Source: Candidatus Gottesmanbacteria bacterium (GTDB taxonomy: Bacteria > Patescibacteriota > Microgenomatia > UBA10105 > UBA927). Taken from it: 64,000 nucleotides of DNA. Position numbers and translations under genes: made by a program. The number at the start of each line of letters is the position of its first letter. Within the stretch, counting starts at the first letter, position 1. Positions 1 to 7,821 of this stretch are shown piece by piece. Under the pieces are notes generated by a model. That model was not told the DNA's origin, searched no databases, and saw only the letters and a list, made by a program, of their open reading frames with translations. The stretch covers positions 956,860 through 1,020,859 of the forward strand of contig CAWBPL010000002.1 in NCBI GenBank assembly GCA_963790805.1, in the 5' to 3' direction.

Positions 1-306
1 GGCATCCTTCAGTTCGCCGAAACACCATTCATATGGGTATGAGAGAAACGGAATATATTCGGGTTGAATAATGATATTTGCAGAATTTTTTTTCTTCGTA
101 ATTTCCTGATGGGGGATTAAGAGCGAATCTTTGACAAGACGTTCATAGAGACCGGATGCCATGAAGTTCTGGTATGTTTGTTGATAGGACGGATTGACAG
201 CCCGAAATAACGTTCCGTTTTCCGTATACACTTCGCCGCTCGGGTCGCGAAAAGAGCTTCCGACCGGAATTCTAGTGAGCGCTTTCCTTTTCTTGTGATT
301 TGCCAT
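1..306 (-). CDS. class I SAM-dependent methyltransferase-like protein, N-terminal 102 codons (gene runs off left edge)
   Basis: My own minus-strand translation from the ATG at 306 gives MANHKKRKALTRIPVGSSFRDPSGEVYTENGTLFRAVNPSYQQTYQNFMASGLYERLVKDSLLIPHQEI...FLSYPYEWCFGELKDA. The SFRDPSG...YPYEW pattern matches my memory of the N-terminus of a bacterial methyltransferase family. It is absent from the ORF track because it is truncated. Confidence 0.45.
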   Translation of the reverse strand, partial: MANHKKRKALTRIPVGSSFRDPSGEVYTENGTLFRAVNPSYQQTYQNFMASGLYERLVKDSLLIPHQEITKKKNSANIIIQPEYIPFLSYPYEWCFGELKDA

Positions 307-493
307 GATGAAATAAATGAGAAAAAAATGCCCGTATCTGTTTCCAGAACACTTTTATGCTGATGGCAACGCCCAAGAACCCGCCGAAGATAAGTTGGAT
401 AATGTAGCTTCCGCTTCCGGGATCCAAGTATGCGTGAACGTGGGCGGGAAGGACAAAAAGAAACACATAAAAAAATACAGAGAGTGGAAGCAT
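272..493 (-). CDS. small hydrophobic membrane protein (73 aa)
   Basis: ORF-track protein with two hydrophobic stretches (LSVFFYVFLFVLPA, IIQLIFGGFLGVAISI). It overlaps the downstream methyltransferase start by 35 nt, which suggests coupling. Confidence 0.4.
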   Translation of the reverse strand: MLPLSVFFYVFLFVLPAHVHAYLDPGSGSYIIQLIFGGFLGVAISIKVFWKQIRAFFSHLFHHGKSQEKESAH

Positions 494-503
494 AAAGACA
501 TAT

Positions 504-570
504 AAACAGATGGGCTTTGTATTGTCAAGAAATTAATGTGGCACTTATCCCTTCAAGGCAGGTAACTATC
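504..570. repeat. left inverted repeat matching the region next to the IS1595 transposase start
   Basis: The core ATTAATGTGGCACTTATCCCTT (532-553) matches the reverse complement of 5122-5141 at 20 of 22 positions, with a 2-nt indel. Weaker similarity flanks it on both sides, including AAACAGAT at 504-511 versus ATCTGTTT at 5145-5152. Confidence 0.6.
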
Positions 571-661
571 CTCAAAGAATGTATTCCTTGTGAAGAGTTA
601 GCTCGATAATTCAACTTATTGTACTTACTATAAATATGAAGCTAAACACTTTCGCTGTATT

Positions 662-1504
662 ATGGTATATTATTTCTATATGGACCCCACGCCAAGTCAA
701 ACGACCAATACAGTTCCAACTGCTACCCAAATCCATCACTCGCCCACAAAGATCATTGTATATATCCTTATTTTTCTGGTTTACACAGCTGTCGTTAGTC
801 TTGTGTCTGCCGGTCTCCACCGAAATCCGTCTGTAACCCAAACCAACACCCCATCTTCAGGCCAAGCTAACGTCACACCGACTCCTGATTTACAGTTGCA
901 GGTTATGGCAGAAGATTTGGCTGCTGCTAAAGGTTCATTTACTGAAAATGTTTTGACGAAAAATGCCACGATCAAAAGTCAATTCGAAAATCTTAACATC
1001 GATAAAATTGTTTGGGATGGAAGCAGTATTCCGTCGTTCTATGTCGTGAGCGTTACTGACAGTACCAACAGTGCTAAAGACAAAATATATGCTGTAACTG
1101 CCGACTATTCCAAAGTCATTAATGATACAAATACTTTGGCTGTGTCTCAACTTATGGATGCCAAAATTTTTAATAATCGCGCAGTGGTTGATACCGCATC
1201 AGGTGAAGGTCTTGACTCTTTTATATTACTAGATAGAACAACTGGAAATATCATAAAATTTTCCGATCCAAAGAAACTATTATCTACCGACCCATCGTTC
1301 AGTAGTTTAGCGTCGATAGATGGTACAGGTCTTTTTTTCCAAGTTAGTGAAGCAATTCAATATAGTGTTTTTGGAGGCAAAATATACTTTTTCCAAAATA
1401 CTGCAGATTTGGTTACCGCTTATCCCAGACACTATTTTACCTATATTTTTGACGCAACAACGGGTGAATTGGTTAGCGTAGAACCGTACACGCTCAACAA
1501 ATAA
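662..1504 (+). CDS. membrane-anchored extracytoplasmic hypothetical protein (280 aa)
   Basis: The long ORF has one N-terminal TM helix (IIVYILIFLVYTAVVSLVSAGL) followed by a T/S/P-rich linker. An alternative ATG lies at 680. I recognised no family. Confidence 0.55.
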   Translation: MVYYFYMDPTPSQTTNTVPTATQIHHSPTKIIVYILIFLVYTAVVSLVSAGLHRNPSVTQTNTPSSGQANVTPTPDLQLQVMAEDLAAAKGSFTENVLTKNATIKSQFENLNIDKIVWDGSSIPSFYVVSVTDSTNSAKDKIYAVTADYSKVINDTNTLAVSQLMDAKIFNNRAVVDTASGEGLDSFILLDRTTGNIIKFSDPKKLLSTDPSFSSLASIDGTGLFFQVSEAIQYSVFGGKIYFFQNTADLVTAYPRHYFTYIFDATTGELVSVEPYTLNK

Positions 1505-1542
1505 TTTAAAAGGAGTTATTAATCGCCAACTGGGCGCATCCT

Positions 1543-1575
1543 CTATTCGAACGTACCGAAGCCATTTTTCTTCAT
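1543..1575 (-). pseudogene. truncated third copy of the MKKNGF-type gene (10 codons then stop)
   Basis: The minus strand reads ATGAAGAAAAATGGCTTCGGTACGTTCGAATAG, i.e. MKKNGFGTFE*. These are the same first 6 codons as the two intact paralogs at 2153 and 2782. Confidence 0.4.
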
Positions 1576-1576
1576 T

Positions 1577-1726
1577 TTATTCTTCACACGGGTTCGTTGG
1601 TCTTAAGCAATTATTATCGTTAAATCCGGTAAATGGAATCAAGTCTGGGGTGTCAACAGGATCATTAAATTTCCAATAGGCAACGTCGTTAAGATAAATT
1701 GACGGATAAAGCTCACCCGTACCCAT
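1577..1726 (-). CDS. possible small protein (49 aa)
   Basis: My own translation is MGTGELYPSIYLNDVAYWKFNDPVDTPDLIPFTGFNDNNCLRPTNPCEE*. Its stop lies 1 nt before the truncated MKKNGF start. It is below the ORF-track cutoff. Confidence 0.2.
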   Translation of the reverse strand: MGTGELYPSIYLNDVAYWKFNDPVDTPDLIPFTGFNDNNCLRPTNPCEE

Positions 1727-1736
1727 CGCTCTGTTT

Positions 1737-2153
1737 TTAACTGAGAGAGTAAACCTGTGGTGTTTTCAACACATTAGTTTGCTTCGTATAGCCCGACAAA
1801 GACTCTTTGGATGAACACGATGCAGATGCCGGCACAAGTTTGCCTCCGACTGCTACCATCTCAATTTTTTTGGCTAAAGTTAATATGGTCCCGTTTAATT
1901 TCCATGTTCCCGCCTCCGCAAAAGTTGTCCTGTCGCATTTCACTTGACTGGGAACAAATGCGTATGCGCCAGAATTATAGAACTGATAACGGTCATTCCA
2001 ACCGGAAGCAAGCGATGGGCTCACCTGCCAAACACCAACCAAATCCAAAAGCGGATTTTTCGGCAAGTAATTTTTATATACAAAATACCCCACCACACCT
2101 AAAGTCGCGATTATTAGAATAAAAAATAGTGGCGTAAAACCATTTTTCTTCAT
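1737..2153 (-). CDS. N-terminally anchored hypothetical protein (138 aa), MKKNGF paralog
   Basis: The N-terminus MKKNGFTPLFFILIIATLGVVGYFVYKNY is nearly identical to that of the upstream gene. Its start overlaps the upstream stop (ATGA). Confidence 0.6.
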   Translation of the reverse strand: MKKNGFTPLFFILIIATLGVVGYFVYKNYLPKNPLLDLVGVWQVSPSLASGWNDRYQFYNSGAYAFVPSQVKCDRTTFAEAGTWKLNGTILTLAKKIEMVAVGGKLVPASASCSSKESLSGYTKQTNVLKTPQVYSLS

Positions 2154-2782
2154 TTTGTAAATTTAAAGGTCGAGAGAATCTGATCGAATAGTTGTTTATT
2201 TTTCCAATCTGCCGGAGTAATTACCCCCACACCTTTTTGAGATTCCTCATAAGTTAGAGTGTATTTCATACTGTTATGCGTAAAAACAACTACATATTGC
2301 CATCTTGTTCCGATGTAATTGCCCTGAAAATAGTTAAAACCAATTGCCGATTCGCCATCGACCGTTAGATTAATTTGATTTTGGGTTTTATCTGCAGAGC
2401 CAATAATAAAACTGGGACTAAATTTGTCTCCCGAACCTTTTGGATCATATTTATCTGAAGATATAAACATTTGTAAACACCTATCACCCTTATCGTAATT
2501 ACAAGGAGAATCAAATACCGGTTCGGGAATATCTTCAGGGGAGGCTCCACCTGGTGCACCGACAGTCCAACCAACCGGATATTTAATCGAATATTCGTAA
2601 CTTGAATTGAACGATTTCCAATTAGATATGTCAGCAGGCTCGTGGGGTGATGGCATTATGCTAGACGTAGGGTTTGTAGTAGCCAGTCTTTGTTGATAAT
2701 TTATATACACAAAATACCCAACCACGCTCAAAATGGCGATTATTAAAACTATTAGAGTTGGTGCAAAACCGTTTTTCTTCAC
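2150..2782 (-). CDS. N-terminally anchored hypothetical protein (210 aa), MKKNGF paralog
   Basis: The N-terminus is MKKNGFAPTLIVLIIAILSVVGYFVYINY, a single TM anchor. The remainder is predicted to be extracytoplasmic. Confidence 0.6.
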   Translation of the reverse strand: MKKNGFAPTLIVLIIAILSVVGYFVYINYQQRLATTNPTSSIMPSPHEPADISNWKSFNSSYEYSIKYPVGWTVGAPGGASPEDIPEPVFDSPCNYDKGDRCLQMFISSDKYDPKGSGDKFSPSFIIGSADKTQNQINLTVDGESAIGFNYFQGNYIGTRWQYVVVFTHNSMKYTLTYEESQKGVGVITPADWKNKQLFDQILSTFKFTK

Positions 2783-2887
2783 TTCTCTAACTATGAATTA
2801 TATTAAATTGGAAGTCAATAAAGCCATATTTAAGTGAGGGTTATGTATTTTTTCCATGCCAAAATAAATATTCTAAGTACAATTAAC

Positions 2888-3742
2888 TTAGGCTGAATAA
2901 TCAACTGAGGAAACGGTAATCCAGCCTGTTGACGCTGCGTTATTTTCTTTCCGCTTATACACTTGGTTTCTGGTTGCAAAAAGAAACATCAGTTTTTTGC
3001 CATAGTATTCTTCAAGAAACGAAGAGAGGAGTCGTTTAAGATAAATAATCACCATATGGTTTGGGCAAATGAAATAAAACTGCAGGGATTGGATATTCTC
3101 ATCCTCCCAATTTTCCTCATCAAGCACAGTAAAGATACGTTTCAGATAGTTGCGAAGCATCATCCGGGGGATATAGGCATCCAGAATATAAAACAGTGCA
3201 TGATCTATACCTTTGGATTTTTTGCTATACCCGTATCCATCCGGTTTGAGATGGGGAAGTAACGCAAAATCCAGCCCTTCATAGAATGCCGGAGTAAATA
3301 ACTGGAGCTGATTGGATCGTAACGTTATGCCGTCTCTGAACCATTTCGTTAGGAGATCAGGATATTGAGCGCCTTGAGTATTCAACCACAGAAGGTAACA
3401 TTCGGCAAGCGTTTGGCAACGGATGCGAAAGGCTTTTGACCGTTTCTTGTCTTCCCGGAGTCGTGCAAGATATGCTTCTTGCCACCCACCATATACGTCT
3501 CGAATATAGTCTCTGCCTTTTCTGGCAAGAAAGTAGATCGCAGGTTTTGTAAGAGTTCCAAAGACAGGGTGAAAATCCCGTTCTACATACCGTTTCTCCA
3601 CTAAGTCTTTGAGCCAACTATTGATCCGTCGATGATCTTTATGATTCAGGAATATCTGTATTTGTTTACTGTTGATAAATCTGAATGTATAGATCAGGGT
3701 GAGTATTGTGTTTTGTTTTTGAGTTATTATTTTTTTAGCCAT
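2888..3742 (-). CDS. replication-relaxation family-like wHTH protein (284 aa)
   Basis: The N-terminal pattern ILTLIYTFRFINSKQIQIFL...RRINSWLKDLVEKRYVER...PAIYFLARKGRDYI resembles the winged-helix N-terminus of plasmid replication-relaxation proteins. This is from memory and was not searched. Confidence 0.4.
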   Translation of the reverse strand: MAKKIITQKQNTILTLIYTFRFINSKQIQIFLNHKDHRRINSWLKDLVEKRYVERDFHPVFGTLTKPAIYFLARKGRDYIRDVYGGWQEAYLARLREDKKRSKAFRIRCQTLAECYLLWLNTQGAQYPDLLTKWFRDGITLRSNQLQLFTPAFYEGLDFALLPHLKPDGYGYSKKSKGIDHALFYILDAYIPRMMLRNYLKRIFTVLDEENWEDENIQSLQFYFICPNHMVIIYLKRLLSSFLEEYYGKKLMFLFATRNQVYKRKENNAASTGWITVSSVDYSA

Positions 3743-3988
3743 ATGAATATATATGTATACGGCAGGAGATTTTGATTATTACTTGATTACGTAGAGAAGA
3801 GCAGTAGGTCTATGTGGTTTGTAACGCCAGGGAACCCCTTTCCCTATTAGTTAAAGGATAATACCACTGTTATTTGTGTAAAATCAAGGCTACTTGAGTT
3901 AAATAATTGTCCCAGAAGGGTGGGACAAAAATGATGACTTGCTGATACTAATAATACGGTGAAATATCACCTGTTTGTTGTCGTAAGT

Positions 3989-4017
3989 TTGTCCTATTCG
4001 AAAAGTCTTGCTATAGT
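3989..4017 (+). promoter_or_regulatory. sigma70-like promoter TTGTCC-17-TATAGT, 6 nt upstream of the ATG at 4024
   Basis: The hexamers and the 17-nt spacer were counted directly in the sequence. Confidence 0.35.
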
Positions 4018-4023
4018 ATTGGC

Positions 4024-4194
4024 ATGGGAAAACAGCAAAGCTTAACATTAAAACGAGTACTCAAAAGACATAAGAAAAATCCACAAGACAAAAGGCTACA
4101 TGAGGTTATCGAAAAGGGAGAAATAGCACAAAGCGAGTTTTTGGGGTTGTTGAAAAAAGCCATTAGCACAAAACCTCAAAAATATACCAAGTAA
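4024..4194 (+). CDS. small basic protein (56 aa), hypothetical
   Basis: My own translation is MGKQQSLTLKRVLKRHKKNPQDKRLHEVIEKGEIAQSEFLGLLKKAISTKPQKYTK*. A promoter abuts the start. It is below the ORF-track cutoff. Confidence 0.3.
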   Translation: MGKQQSLTLKRVLKRHKKNPQDKRLHEVIEKGEIAQSEFLGLLKKAISTKPQKYTK

Positions 4195-4209
4195 GTGCTT
4201 CGTCAGTGC

Positions 4210-5103
4210 TTACACTTTGACATATCTCACTCCAGCGAGTTGTTGAAGGAGAAGATTAAACATCATCCCATTCTTCCGGTGGTTATACCGAAACGTATAT
4301 TCATCGACATACGCTTGGAGATATTTCTTGGAGACAATCCGATAGACGCCGTACACCCCACGTTTGACAATTGACCATATCCCTTCGATATTCTGGGTAT
4401 GGATATCACCATAAACATACTGACTTGCACTATGGTTGACGAATTGATGCATATAGCCATATTTTGAAAGCTGTGCATAGCCACCCCACTCATCCGTGAG
4501 GACACGTGCCGTCGGACTGACATGTTCCTGAATCTGTTTGAGAAGAATCCATTTCCCTACGCCTTCGATGTGTTTGAGATATGCATGCCCTCCGCGTTTG
4601 ACCATGCCCATCACAACCTCTTTTGGTTTCTCGTTAAAGTTCGGGACATAGGCTCTGTTCTTTGCCTTGCCTCCCATAAAGGTTTCATCAACTTCAACAT
4701 CCCCATCAAAGGGAGCACCATCTTGGGCCATGAGCATACGAATCTGCTTAAACATACGCCATGCTGTTTTGTACGTCACCCCCAATTCCCGCTGGAGTTG
4801 TTTCGCTGACACGCCTGAGCGGGTAGCGGAGATAATATACATAGCGTAGAACCAGTATTGCAGGGGTGTGGTTGTTTTTTCTAGGATAGTCCCAGCAAGC
4901 GGGGCAATCTGATATCCACAGGAACATTGGTAGACCTGCCTGCCTTCAATTTTGTAGAATTCCTTGATTTTGTTGCACCGCTGACAAAAGATTCCTTGAG
5001 GGCATCGAAGATGCTTGAGAACATCTAAACACTTATCATTAGTACCGTATTTCTGTAAAAACTTTCCGAGGCTAAGTTTCTTTATCATAGCCTCAGTATA
5101 CAA
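4210..5103 (-). CDS. IS1595-family (ISXO2-like) DDE transposase with N-terminal zinc ribbon
   Basis: It has Cys clusters CPQGIFCQRCN...YQCSCG, followed by TPLQYWFYAMYIISATRSGVSAKQLQRELGVTYKTAWRMFKQIR and a DDE region (VEVDETFMGG...TDEWGGY). The probable ATG is at 5088 (MIKKLSLGKF). Confidence 0.85.
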   Translation of the reverse strand: MYTEAMIKKLSLGKFLQKYGTNDKCLDVLKHLRCPQGIFCQRCNKIKEFYKIEGRQVYQCSCGYQIAPLAGTILEKTTTPLQYWFYAMYIISATRSGVSAKQLQRELGVTYKTAWRMFKQIRMLMAQDGAPFDGDVEVDETFMGGKAKNRAYVPNFNEKPKEVVMGMVKRGGHAYLKHIEGVGKWILLKQIQEHVSPTARVLTDEWGGYAQLSKYGYMHQFVNHSASQYVYGDIHTQNIEGIWSIVKRGVYGVYRIVSKKYLQAYVDEYTFRYNHRKNGMMFNLLLQQLAGVRYVKV

Positions 5104-5123
5104 GATTAATCACCTGTTGTCAA
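5095..5123 (-). promoter_or_regulatory. sigma70-like promoter TTGACA-17-TATACT inside the right inverted repeat, 6 nt upstream of the transposase ATG (5088)
   Basis: The minus strand reads TTGACA (5123-5118), then a 17-nt spacer, then TATACT (5100-5095). Confidence 0.45.
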
Positions 5124-5152
5124 GGGATAAGTGCCATTAATGTGATCTGTTT
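5105..5152. repeat. right inverted repeat of the IS1595-type element
   Basis: It is the reverse complement of 504-570. See the left-repeat entry. Confidence 0.6.
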
Positions 5153-5163
5153 AACAATTTGTG

Positions 5164-7821
5164 TTAATCGTATCCAAAGCGCCTGATATACCAGATTTTG
5201 ACGATTTGCGTGAGGATAATATACAACATGAGGATTCCGATAAGATACATCCAGTAGGCCGAGGGTAGAAGCACAAACCCCAAGAATCGTCCGACCGGCG
5301 ACAGGGTAAGAAGAATTCCCGCTATCATAACAGCACCCGTGGTTATGAGCATCGGCGTGCTTGCGCGGGTTTCTACGAAGGCGATTTTCGAGCTTCGTAT
5401 CATGTGGACAATCAGCGTCTGGCTTAAGAGCGATTCAACAAACCAGCCTGTCTGAAAAAGCGCCGGATTTTTCCACGCGTGAAAGATATACAGCATCAAA
5501 AAATACGTCGCGTAATCAAAGATTGAACTGATGGGTCCGATAAAGATGACAAATTTTGCTATTTTATCAATATTCCATTTTCTGGGTTTTTCGAGATATT
5601 CCTTATCGACGTTATCGGTTGGTATTCCGGTTTGGGATATGTCGTAGAGAAGATTATTAGTAAGCACCTGAATCGGGGCCATGGGGAGAAACGGTAAAAA
5701 TACGCTTGCACCCAAGACGCTGAACATATTTCCGAAATTAGAACTCGCACCCATTTTTATATATTTGATGATATTTCCGAATACTTTTCTGCCGAGCGTC
5801 ACGCCGTCGGCGAGTACCGTCAGGCTTTTTTCAAGAAGTATAATGTCCGCCGATTCTTTGGCGATATCAACCGCCTCGTCGACAGAAATTCCGACGTCGG
5901 CGGTCCGAAGCGCCGGTGCGTCGTTCACGCCGTCTCCAAGGAATCCGACGACATGGTTACGCCTCTGGAGCGCCAAAACAATCCGTTTTTTATGCTCAGG
6001 CGACAGCCTGGCAAATATTCCTGTTCCGTCGACACGCTTCGTTAATTCTTCATCACTCATGGATTCAATCTCAGGTCCAAGCAGCATATGTGTATTTTTC
6101 AGTTTTACGTCGGAGCAGATTTTTTTCGACACCAGTTCATTGTCGCCGGTTAATACTTTTACCGTTATTCCGTACGCGTTGAGCGTATTAATGGACGGCA
6201 GTGCGGATTCCTTCGGCGGGTCTAAAAATGTTACAAGACCCAAAAAAGTCAGTCTTGATTCGTCTTCATAGGTATAGCGCTTTTTCTCAAGTATATTCGG
6301 CTTATACGCAACGGCGATGACGCGAAAACCTTCTCTGGAATAGGTATCGCTCAGTGTTTGAATTTTACGGATTACGGCAGGGGTTAAGGATTTTTGAAGT
6401 TTGTTCATTTCAATTTGTGTACATGTTGCCAATACTTCCTCAACAGCGCCTTTGCAGACCATAAACCGTTTTTTCTTTTCATCTTCAACAACTACGGAGA
6501 GCCGCTTCCGTTTAAAATCAAACGGTATCTCGTCAAGTTTCGACGTTGCGGCCCCAAGGCTTTCCTGATAATTTTCCTTCGTTCCGTGAGAAATAATGGC
6601 GCTGTCCATGAGATTTCTGAATCCCGTTTGATGAAAGCTGTTGAGAAATGAATATTGAAAAACGCGTTCGTCTTCTTCGTCCCTAAGATTTACATGTTTC
6701 ATAAGAACGATATGGTTTTGTGTGAGCGTTCCTGTTTTATCGGTGCAAAGAACATCCATGGCTCCGAAATTCTGAATGGAATTGAGGCGTTTTACGATGA
6801 CTTTTTTCTTTGATAAATTTACAGCGCCCTGCGACAGGTTTATCGCCACTATTGCCGGCAGCATTTCAGGAGTCAAGCCGACGGCGACGGAAATAGCAAA
6901 CAGGAATGCCTGCCACCAGTTGCCTTTCGTCATCCCGTTTATGATAAAAACAGTCGGTACCATAAACGCCATAAACAGAATCATGAGCCATGTAAACTTC
7001 GTGATGCCTTTGTCAAAGCTCGTCGCGCTGCGGGTTCCCATAATGCTTTTGGCAATCGTTCCGAAATAGGTATTTGAACCCGTGTCAATAACTATGCCTA
7101 TGGCCGAACCGGTTTCGACGTTCGTGCCGGCAAATACAAGGTTCGTCAGCTCCAGCGGGTTCGTGGTTTCTACATCGTTCATTTCGGCATGTTTTTCAAC
7201 CGGTAACGATTCGCCGGTCAGAAGCGATTGATTGATAAAGAGATCTTTGCTCTGGATAAGCCGGATATCGGCCGGTACGATGTCACCGGCTGAGAGCTGT
7301 ATGATGTCGCCCGGAACGACGTTAATAATATTGATTTCATGCGATTTTTCGTTTCGTATGATGGTGCATGTGGTTTTAATGAATGACCGCAGTTTTTCCG
7401 CTGCGTTATACGCCTGTTCCTCCTGATAGAATTTTAAAATAACGCTTAAAAGTACGATGGAACCGATAACGACGACAGAGCGCATGTCGCCGGTTACGTA
7501 CGAAACAAGAACAAGACACAGAAGCAGTATCGTCAGTGCATTATAAAACGTTAAAAGAAAACGGATAAGCGCGGGTTCGCGCACTTCATGGACGATTTCA
7601 TTGGTGCCGTAGATTTTATCCAGAAGATTTTTCGCATCTTCTTCGGAAAGTCCGTGTATTGAGGAATTCAGATCGGTAAGAAGCGTCCGGATTTGTTTTT
7701 TCGATGCATTTACGAGCTGGTCGAGAATCTCTTCACGGGAACGAACGACGCCGACCGGCGCCTTAAATATTTCGGGCGGTCGGATGTCGTAATATTCTTT
7801 CAGCAATAATCCGAGTTTCAT
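5164..7821 (-). CDS. mgtA: magnesium-translocating P-type ATPase
   Basis: 885 aa. It carries LTGESLPVEK, the phosphorylation motif DKTGTLT, TGDNELVSKKIC, and GDGVNDAPALRTADVGISV. The overall layout is typical of MgtA-type pumps. Confidence 0.85.
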   Translation of the reverse strand: MKLGLLLKEYYDIRPPEIFKAPVGVVRSREEILDQLVNASKKQIRTLLTDLNSSIHGLSEEDAKNLLDKIYGTNEIVHEVREPALIRFLLTFYNALTILLLCLVLVSYVTGDMRSVVVIGSIVLLSVILKFYQEEQAYNAAEKLRSFIKTTCTIIRNEKSHEINIINVVPGDIIQLSAGDIVPADIRLIQSKDLFINQSLLTGESLPVEKHAEMNDVETTNPLELTNLVFAGTNVETGSAIGIVIDTGSNTYFGTIAKSIMGTRSATSFDKGITKFTWLMILFMAFMVPTVFIINGMTKGNWWQAFLFAISVAVGLTPEMLPAIVAINLSQGAVNLSKKKVIVKRLNSIQNFGAMDVLCTDKTGTLTQNHIVLMKHVNLRDEEDERVFQYSFLNSFHQTGFRNLMDSAIISHGTKENYQESLGAATSKLDEIPFDFKRKRLSVVVEDEKKKRFMVCKGAVEEVLATCTQIEMNKLQKSLTPAVIRKIQTLSDTYSREGFRVIAVAYKPNILEKKRYTYEDESRLTFLGLVTFLDPPKESALPSINTLNAYGITVKVLTGDNELVSKKICSDVKLKNTHMLLGPEIESMSDEELTKRVDGTGIFARLSPEHKKRIVLALQRRNHVVGFLGDGVNDAPALRTADVGISVDEAVDIAKESADIILLEKSLTVLADGVTLGRKVFGNIIKYIKMGASSNFGNMFSVLGASVFLPFLPMAPIQVLTNNLLYDISQTGIPTDNVDKEYLEKPRKWNIDKIAKFVIFIGPISSIFDYATYFLMLYIFHAWKNPALFQTGWFVESLLSQTLIVHMIRSSKIAFVETRASTPMLITTGAVMIAGILLTLSPVGRFLGFVLLPSAYWMYLIGILMLYIILTQIVKIWYIRRFGYD

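Larger units (their letters stand above)
504..5152. mobile_element. putative cargo-carrying IS1595-family transposon / plasmid-derived insertion (about 4.65 kb)
   Basis: Imperfect terminal inverted repeats lie at 504-570 and 5105-5152. An IS1595-type DDE transposase sits at the right end. The interior holds a replication-relaxation-like gene and hypothetical membrane proteins. No target-site duplication was recognised. Confidence 0.4.

Noticed and set aside
636-836. A 66-aa hydrophobic ORF overlapping the start of the 280-aa gene in another frame, plus similar short overlapping ORFs throughout the track.
   Set aside because: It overlaps a longer ORF with a coherent TM-anchor-plus-ectodomain organisation, and it has no independent support.
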